11,561 nucleotides of DNA, from positions 1 to 11,561 of the forward strand of contig JAFGBK010000036.1 of the NCBI GenBank assembly GCA_016933175.1. Reading direction: 5' to 3'. The position numbers were made by a program, and so were the translations under genes. The DNA comes from Candidatus Krumholzibacteriota bacterium (GTDB lineage Bacteria; Krumholzibacteriota; Krumholzibacteriia; JACNKJ01). Shown here piece after piece: positions 6,435-11,561 of this stretch (its first letter is position 1; each line of letters starts with the position of its first letter). Below the pieces are notes generated by a model. The model was given only the letters and a program-made list of their open reading frames with translations, made no database searches and had not been told where the DNA came from.

Positions 6435-8195
6435 TCACTTGACGAGCACGGCCGGCCGGCCGTACTCGAGGCCCGCGGCGCGCAGGCGGTAGAAGTAGAC
6501 GCCCGCCGGCACCGGCGCGCCCGCCTCGTCGGTGCCATCCCAGGTCACCGCCGTGCGGCCGGCCGCGCAGAGGCCGTCCACCAGCACCTTCACCAGGCGC
6601 CCCTGGGCGTCGTAGACGGCCAGGCGGGCGTCATCCGGGTAGAGCAGCTCGAAGCTGAAGGTGGTCTTCGGATTGAAGGGGTTGGGGTAGTTCCCGTGCA
6701 GGGCCACGGGGCCGGCATCCGGAGCCGGCGCGCCGGTGTCCGGGGCGTGCTGGATGAAGCTGTACCAGGCCGCGGGCTCCACGCGGGGCATGCCCTCGGC
6801 GCGGCCGCTGGCGTCCTCGGCATGGATGTAGTAATCGACCGGAATGTCGGTCCTCCCCCCGACGGGATACGGCGCGTAGATCACGGCCTCGTAGACGTCG
6901 CCGCCGATGGACGTCATCGCCTCGGTCACCCACATGCCCCCGTCCTGGCGGTAGTGCAGCTCGACGGCGGTGAGGCCCGTCTCGCTGCGGTCGTCCACGA
7001 AGGCCCGCACCGTGACGTCCCCGTCCTGGGTGCCGACGATGGGCGTGTGCGCCACGCGCAGCATGCCGGCGTCCATGACGCCCTTCGCGCGGCAGTGCAG
7101 GGCGTCGTCGTCGAGGAAGCTGCCGTAGTAGTAGCCCCGCACCGTGTAGCCGGGCATGGCCTCCTCGTAGACGGCGATAGCGTCGTTGTCGTAGGAGCTG
7201 TTGCCGAAGAAGGGCACGTAGACGCCGTCGTTGAGGATGAGGCTGTTGGTGTAGCTGGCCGGGCCCGAGCTGGTGGAGTAGCAGTACACCCGGTGGACCT
7301 GGTAGTTGCGGCCCGTGGAGGCCTCCAGGGAGGCGTAGAGCGCCGCCAGCTGGTTGAGCTCGTCGTAGGTGCCGTGGCTGGGCCAGACTTCCTTCACCAG
7401 CACGGTCTCCTCGTCGAGGAACTTCGCCATCGTGTCGATGTGGTGGATGCCGCCGCTCTCGATGTAGTCGACGACGTAGTAGGTGGCGACCCCGTAGTAG
7501 TCCGCCATGAGCTGGTCCACCTGGGCCTGGCTCATGCCGTTGTAGGACGCGGCCTCGTTGTAGACCAGGCGCGTGGAGCTGGAGATGTGCGCACCGTCGG
7601 TCATGTAGTTGCCGCCCGTGTGGTACATGTCGTGGCTGTGGACCGGGATGCCCTGCTGCTCGCCGAAGTAGATGGGGATCAGGTTGTCGTTGGGCCGCGG
7701 GCGGTTGTAGGTGTGGTCGATGATGGCGATGTCCCCGCTGCCGTCGAAGACGAACCAGGGGCCGTAGTCGCGGGTCCAGATGGAGTCGTTGGGCTTGATA
7801 AGGAACTGGACCTTCGCCATGTCCACGCCGTTGTTGGTCAGGTTCGTGACGGCCGTGTTGTAGTAGCTGCTGGAGACGATCACGTGCAGCATCACGTCGT
7901 CGTCCAGGTCCTGCAGCAGGCCGTAGGGCAGGCCGAGGGGGTAGCGGATGAGCACGCCCGTGCAGGGCTCCCACTCGGCGCAGTTGCGCACGGGGCCCAC
8001 GGGCGGCGGGTCCGACCTGAGATCGCCGCCGGGCATCGTCAGCGTGCCCTGCTCCAGGGCGAGGCGCTCGGCCTCGGACAGGGCCTGGGGCAGCAGCTTC
8101 TCCAGGCCGTCCGCGTCCCACTCGGCCAGGGCGGGCGCGGCGAGGGCCAGGAGCGTGAGGACGAGGACCACGCGGATCGGGACCATTCGGAACAT
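6435..8195 (-). CDS. Secreted guanidino-group-modifying enzyme of the agmatine deiminase / Porphyromonas-type peptidyl-arginine deiminase family. It carries a signal peptide, an Ig-like domain and a C-terminal T9SS type-A sorting domain.
   Basis: 586 aa. The N-terminal signal peptide is MFRMVPIRVVLVLTLLALAAPALA. The catalytic region has the AEWEP, IWTRDYGPWF, HTGGNYMTDG, GGIHHIDTMAKF and ALHC (probable catalytic Cys) motifs characteristic of the PF04371 fold. A ~100-aa beta-rich segment follows (TVRAFVDD...AVELHYRQDGG...YYIHAEDASG). The C-terminus is HGNYPNPFNPKTTFSFEL...AGVYFYRL, which is a T9SS CTD. An RBS-like GGAAGGAAA lies upstream. Confidence 0.8.
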   Translation of the reverse strand: MFRMVPIRVVLVLTLLALAAPALAEWDADGLEKLLPQALSEAERLALEQGTLTMPGGDLRSDPPPVGPVRNCAEWEPCTGVLIRYPLGLPYGLLQDLDDDVMLHVIVSSSYYNTAVTNLTNNGVDMAKVQFLIKPNDSIWTRDYGPWFVFDGSGDIAIIDHTYNRPRPNDNLIPIYFGEQQGIPVHSHDMYHTGGNYMTDGAHISSSTRLVYNEAASYNGMSQAQVDQLMADYYGVATYYVVDYIESGGIHHIDTMAKFLDEETVLVKEVWPSHGTYDELNQLAALYASLEASTGRNYQVHRVYCYSTSSGPASYTNSLILNDGVYVPFFGNSSYDNDAIAVYEEAMPGYTVRGYYYGSFLDDDALHCRAKGVMDAGMLRVAHTPIVGTQDGDVTVRAFVDDRSETGLTAVELHYRQDGGMWVTEAMTSIGGDVYEAVIYAPYPVGGRTDIPVDYYIHAEDASGRAEGMPRVEPAAWYSFIQHAPDTGAPAPDAGPVALHGNYPNPFNPKTTFSFELLYPDDARLAVYDAQGRLVKVLVDGLCAAGRTAVTWDGTDEAGAPVPAGVYFYRLRAAGLEYGRPAVLVK

Positions 8196-8257
8196 GGGGT
8201 TTCCTTCCGGTAGCGGGACGCGTTGCGCGCCGGATCGATGGGTCTGCAGAGGCCTCG

Positions 8258-8266
8258 ATTATATCA
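8258..8266 (-). promoter_or_regulatory. Extended -10 element (TGaTATAAT) on the minus strand, upstream of the deiminase gene.
   Basis: The reverse complement of 8258..8266 is TGATATAAT, an exact match to the extended -10 consensus TGnTATAAT. It sits ~60 nt upstream of the ATG at 8195. No good -35 is present, which extended -10 promoters do not need. Confidence 0.3.
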
Positions 8267-8941
8267 CAAGGCCGCCGGGTGGGGACAGACCGCCCCCTTG
8301 ACCGGCGCCACCCGCGCGATCGGCAACCCGTACTTATTTCAGGATTGGCATCCCGGGTCCGACCGGCGACGCGTCGTCGCGGTGGAGGCGGAAGTCTCTG
8401 CGCCGGCGCCGCCTAGCTCGCCCGCAGGGCGCGGCGACTGACAGGAGGGCGGCGGCCCCCAGCACCGGGGGGCTCGCGAGTCGCGAAACGGCGAGGGCCA
8501 GGCGCCCGTCCCAGGATGCGGTCAGCACGTCGGCCGAAGCAGAAGGGTACGGCGCCTGGCCTCCACCGTCCACCGGCAGTGGCGAGGGGAGCTCGAGGGC
8601 GGGATCGGGAAGGGACCAGAAGACCGCGGGCCGCTGGCGCGTCATCATGGCTGTCGATTCCCGGGCTGGCGGCATGATCCTCCCCGATTGATGGCTGCCG
8701 GTGGCTGTGTCGAGGGAAAGGATAGGCCCCGGCCGTCAGGAACGGATGAAGACCAGGTGAGAACTCGGCGAACCAGCCGGAGCGCCTTCCGGGGAGCGGC
8801 GCTCCCGCCGCCTCGCGCCGCGGCGGTCCGGCCGGGGTCTGGCCAGCGGTCCCCGAGATGATGTATCATTGTGTCCGGAATGACACCGGGCGGCCCGCCG
8901 GGCCCGCCGCCACCATGCCAGAACTCGCCGAGGAGGCCCCC

Positions 8942-9550
8942 GTGACCCTCGCCCCGCCCCGCCAGCCCCGCGTGTGGATCGCCGTCGCCGTTGGGCTGGC
9001 GCTGCATGCCGCGCTGGCCGCGGCCCCGGCGCTGTCCCTCTGCTCGGACATCGCCCCCGCCGCCCTGCTCATCGACGGCACGGTCTGCCAGACGTCGCCC
9101 GACGGGGAGATCCAGACGGCGGACAGCGTGGAGGAGCTGTCACAGTTCATCAACGGCGCCGCCTTCTTCCACGCCGAGTACGACTTCACGGCCGCCGCCT
9201 TCCTGAACTGCGTCACGGACCTCGACGGCCAGCCCGTGGCGATGATGATCAGCCTCTTCAACCAGGGCACGTCCGAGTCCGCGGAGGGGCTCTACGACGA
9301 TCCCCAAAGCGGCAGCGGCGATCCCATCCCGGACTGGACCGGCAACGGCGAGGCGCGGCTGCGCGCCGCCTTCGGCAGCGCCACGGTGCAGTTCCACGAG
9401 GCGTGCTTCTTCGGGCAGGTGCTGGCCCTGTCGGACGACGCGGCCATCGTGGATCGCGCCGTCTGCCTGGCGTCCGCCATGGCCGGCCTCATCGATTCGG
9501 TCCCCGCCCGGACGCAGACCTGGAGCGCGGTGAAGACACTCTATCGCTGA
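8942..9550 (+). CDS. Secreted hypothetical protein of about 200 aa, unknown family, with a signal peptide and 5 Cys.
   Basis: I prefer the GTG at 8942, which has GAGGAGG 5 nt upstream. The track starts at ATG 8858 inside an AT-rich promoter-like patch, and ATG 8915 is another possibility. The N-terminus VTLAPPRQPRVWIAVAVGLALHAALAAAPALSLCSD looks like a signal peptide. The rest is acidic with conserved-looking Cys and no motif I recognise. Confidence 0.6.
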   Translation: MTLAPPRQPRVWIAVAVGLALHAALAAAPALSLCSDIAPAALLIDGTVCQTSPDGEIQTADSVEELSQFINGAAFFHAEYDFTAAAFLNCVTDLDGQPVAMMISLFNQGTSESAEGLYDDPQSGSGDPIPDWTGNGEARLRAAFGSATVQFHEACFFGQVLALSDDAAIVDRAVCLASAMAGLIDSVPARTQTWSAVKTLYR

Positions 9551-9600
9551 TCACCCCATGACGGCCCGCGCCGCGGAGGCGGGCAGACCAGGAGGAAGCC

Positions 9601-11112
9601 ATGCACCGTGACGACAGCAAGGAGAAGGCGAGCCGCCGCCTCGCGCCCGAGGCCGCCTCCCCGCCGGACGGCCCCCGCTGCCGCCACCACGGCCTCGGCC
9701 GCGACGCCGAGCCCGCCGGCAACTGGGACGCCACCCGCCGCGACTTCCTCAAGGGCACGGTCCTGGGCGCCGCGGCCCTCGTCGCCGGCCCCCGCCTGCT
9801 CGGCCGCGCCGCGCGGGCCGGCCTCGCCGGCGGGCCGCGCATGACCAAGGTGGTGCGGGCCTACCATCCCGACGCCACGACGGGCTGGACCACGGTGAAC
9901 CAGGAGCCCGTGGATCTCATGGTGCAGGCGGCGATCAAGGAGCTGACGGGCATCGGCGACCTCGGCGAGGCCTGGAAGAGCCTCTTTGCCGGCATCGACG
10001 CCACCAAGACGATCGCCATCAAGATCAACCTGGCCTGCGGCGACGTGCCCACGCACCCCGAGGTGGTCAACGCCGTCATCGACGGGCTGCTGGCCATGGA
10101 CCTCGGCGGCCAGACCCTGCCCGCGGAGCAGATCATCGTCTGGGACCTGGACAACCCCTTCTTCTGCCCGCAGACGGGCTACACGCCCAACTGGGGCGGA
10201 CCCGGCGTGCAGTACGTGGGCACGGACCACCCGTCGCTGGGCCACGACACCTCGGTGACGGTGGACATCCAGCACCCGCTGGGCGTGACGACCCACCACC
10301 ACCCGTCGAAGATCATCACCCAGCACTGCGACTACCTGATCAACGCCGCCGTCATCAAGGACCACAACGACTCGGGCGTGACGCTCACCATGAAGAACCA
10401 CTTCGGCTCCTTCGACGGCATCGGCGTCTACCCGACCCACCAGAGCGGCACCTACGGGGACGGGCACGCGCGCACCGAGCCGGCCCTCAACGCGGCCCTG
10501 CGCGACCAGCTCGGCAACAAGCCCGTGCTCTGGCTCATCGACGGCACCTTCGGCTTCTACATGGGCGGGCCGGGCTACATCCCGCCCTACCCGAGTCCGC
10601 CGAACTGGGCCTACAACAGCCTCATCGCGGGAACGGACCCCGTGTCCGTGGACCGGGTCGGCACCATGAAGATCAACGACGAGCGGCGCGCCCACGGCCT
10701 GGCCGAGCTGGATCCCAGCCACGTGTCGGCCGCCGCCGGCGACCCATGGTACCTGGGCACCGACGATCCCGACGAGATCGACCTGGTGGAGATCGACGCC
10801 TCGGACCTGACGGCCGCGCCCCTGGCCGGGCCGGGCGGCATCAGTCTGCTGGCGCCCTACCCCAACCCCACGCGCGGCGCCTGCACCCTGCGCCTGAGCT
10901 GCGCGCGGGAGCTGGACGCGGAGCTGACCGTGGTGGACGCCCGCGGGCGCCTGGTGCGCCGCCTCGCCGCGCGCCGCTTCGCCGGCGGCCTGCACCGCCT
11001 CGCCTGGGACGGCAAGGACGAGAACGGCCGCGCCCCGGCCAGCGGCGTCTACTTCGCGCGCGTGCGCCACGCCGGCGGCGAGCGCCGCCAGCGCATCGTT
11101 CTCGTTCGCTAG
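9601..11112 (+). CDS. DUF362-domain protein with a twin-arginine (Tat) signal peptide and a C-terminal T9SS type-A sorting domain.
   Basis: 503 aa with AGGAGG 5 nt upstream of the ATG. The Tat motif TRRDFLKGTVLGAAALVAGP is present. The DUF362-like core reads KVVRAYHPDATTGW...LMVQAAIKELTGIGDLGEAWKSLFAGIDATKTIAIKINLACGD...THPEVVNAVIDGLL...IIVWDL. The C-terminus LLAPYPNPTRGACTLRL...GVYFARV is a T9SS CTD. Confidence 0.8.
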   Translation: MHRDDSKEKASRRLAPEAASPPDGPRCRHHGLGRDAEPAGNWDATRRDFLKGTVLGAAALVAGPRLLGRAARAGLAGGPRMTKVVRAYHPDATTGWTTVNQEPVDLMVQAAIKELTGIGDLGEAWKSLFAGIDATKTIAIKINLACGDVPTHPEVVNAVIDGLLAMDLGGQTLPAEQIIVWDLDNPFFCPQTGYTPNWGGPGVQYVGTDHPSLGHDTSVTVDIQHPLGVTTHHHPSKIITQHCDYLINAAVIKDHNDSGVTLTMKNHFGSFDGIGVYPTHQSGTYGDGHARTEPALNAALRDQLGNKPVLWLIDGTFGFYMGGPGYIPPYPSPPNWAYNSLIAGTDPVSVDRVGTMKINDERRAHGLAELDPSHVSAAAGDPWYLGTDDPDEIDLVEIDASDLTAAPLAGPGGISLLAPYPNPTRGACTLRLSCARELDAELTVVDARGRLVRRLAARRFAGGLHRLAWDGKDENGRAPASGVYFARVRHAGGERRQRIVLVR

Positions 11113-11140
11113 GAAGTCTCCCGACCAGCCCGGATGCCTG

Positions 11141-11169
11141 CGTCCTGGCCCGCTCAGCGGGTCAGGACG
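11141..11169. other. Inverted repeat / hairpin between convergent genes, possibly a bidirectional transcription stop or RNA-stability element.
   Basis: cgtcctg-g-cccgc-tca-gcggg-t-caggacg. The loop is the stop codon (TCA = TGA on the minus strand) of the right-hand gene. No U-run follows on either strand. Confidence 0.25.
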
Positions 11170-11561
11170 AGGCGCCGGCCGTGCGCGCGGCCCCCGGACT
11201 CCAGGCGGGCGAAGTAGACCCCGGCCGGCGCCGGCCGGCCGTCGCCGCCCTTCCCGTCCCAGACGAGCTGGCTGTAGCCCTCGGGGTAGTCCTCGCCGCC
11301 CAGGCGGCGGACCACCCGCCCGCGGGCGTCCAGGATGAGGATGCGCGCCCGGGCCGCCCGCCCGAGGCGGAAGCGCAGGGTGGTCTCGCTGCGGAAGGGG
11401 TTGGGCACGTTGGGCGCCAGGAAGCTGCCGGCCAGGAGCGGCTCGTCGCCCGGCACGCCCGAGGGGTCGTAGTGCAGGACGGTCATCTGCCCCGGGTCGC
11501 TCACGCCGAGGAGATATGGCGCCCCGCTCGCCGTCTCGATCCACGGGCAGGGCTTGGGCGA
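11154..11561 (-). CDS. C-terminal part of a T9SS type-A sorting-domain protein. The N-terminus lies beyond the right window edge.
   Basis: The frame is open to the window end. The C-terminus FLAPNVPNPFRSETTLRFRL...AGVYFARLESGG...RLVLTR matches the T9SS CTD seen in the two other secreted proteins. Third codon positions are G/C-rich. Confidence 0.75.
   Translation of the reverse strand, partial: SPKPCPWIETASGAPYLLGVSDPGQMTVLHYDPSGVPGDEPLLAGSFLAPNVPNPFRSETTLRFRLGRAARARILILDARGRVVRRLGGEDYPEGYSQLVWDGKGGDGRPAPAGVYFARLESGGRAHGRRLVLTR

Noticed and set aside
5658-6492. Plus-strand ORFs 5658..6116, 5665..6492 and 6017..6442, and minus-strand ORF 5975..6289
   Set aside because: They lie in the leader/intergenic region and have an Arg/Pro/Gly-rich composition. 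They have no RBS and span the terminator hairpin. I treat the region as non-coding.
6631-8213. Minus-strand ORF 6631..8121 (496 aa) and plus-strand ORF 6696..8213 (505 aa) overlapping the deiminase gene
   Set aside because: They are alternate and antisense frames of 6435..8195. Only that frame has a signal peptide, deiminase motifs and a CTD.
8334-8675. 113-aa minus-strand ORF in the 8196..8941 intergenic region, and also 8223..8441 (+) and 8645..9007 (-)
   Set aside because: Third-position GC is no higher than background. They contain rare codons (AGA, AGG, AAA). They have no RBS and a Pro/Ala/Ser-rich composition. They are probably non-coding.
8858-8941. N-terminal extension MMYHCVRNDTGRPAGPAATMPELAEEAP of the secreted hypothetical
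   Set aside because: It starts inside the AT-rich promoter-like patch. The GTG at 8942 has a perfect GAGGAGG Shine-Dalgarno and begins a canonical signal peptide. I prefer the shorter form, though ATG 8915 cannot be excluded.
9541-11544. 667-aa minus-strand ORF
   Set aside because: It is the antisense of the DUF362 gene and runs through the convergent-gene hairpin. It has a Gly/Arg/Ala low-complexity composition.
1-11561. Searched for tRNA, rRNA, CRISPR repeats, IS elements and integrase signatures
   Set aside because: I saw no cloverleaf or TψC-like motifs and no regularly spaced direct repeats. I found no transposase or integrase-like translations and no terminal inverted repeats flanking any block.

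Overview
This is a high-GC (~70%) bacterial window with strongly G/C-biased third codon positions. Because of that bias, most of the long ORFs in the six-frame track are antisense shadows of the real genes. Three proteins end in a T9SS type-A sorting domain with the YPNPF motif, which points to an FCB-group organism such as Gemmatimonadota or a related candidate lineage. I call 11 protein-coding units from my own translation:

- An Nnr NAD(P)H-hydrate repair enzyme on the minus strand, which runs off the left edge and is absent from the ORF track.
- An SPFH/band-7 membrane protein.
- A divergently placed CPBP (CAAX/Abi-type) intramembrane metalloprotease, which may have a leaderless mRNA.
- A minus-strand operon made up of a 61-aa orphan protein, a ~67-aa N-terminal remnant of a GNAT, and two tandem paralogous two-domain GNAT acyltransferases. 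This operon sits behind a ~600-bp structured non-coding leader.
- A secreted enzyme with Porphyromonas-PPAD-like architecture: signal peptide, agmatine/peptidyl-arginine deiminase fold, Ig-like domain and T9SS CTD.
- A small secreted Cys-containing hypothetical protein.
- A DUF362 protein carrying both a Tat signal and a T9SS CTD.
- A further T9SS-CTD protein that is truncated by the right edge.

The points worth a second look are the GNAT duplication series with its small-ORF leader, the PPAD-like secreted deiminase outside Porphyromonas, and the Tat plus T9SS DUF362 protein. I found no tRNA, rRNA, CRISPR array or obvious mobile element.
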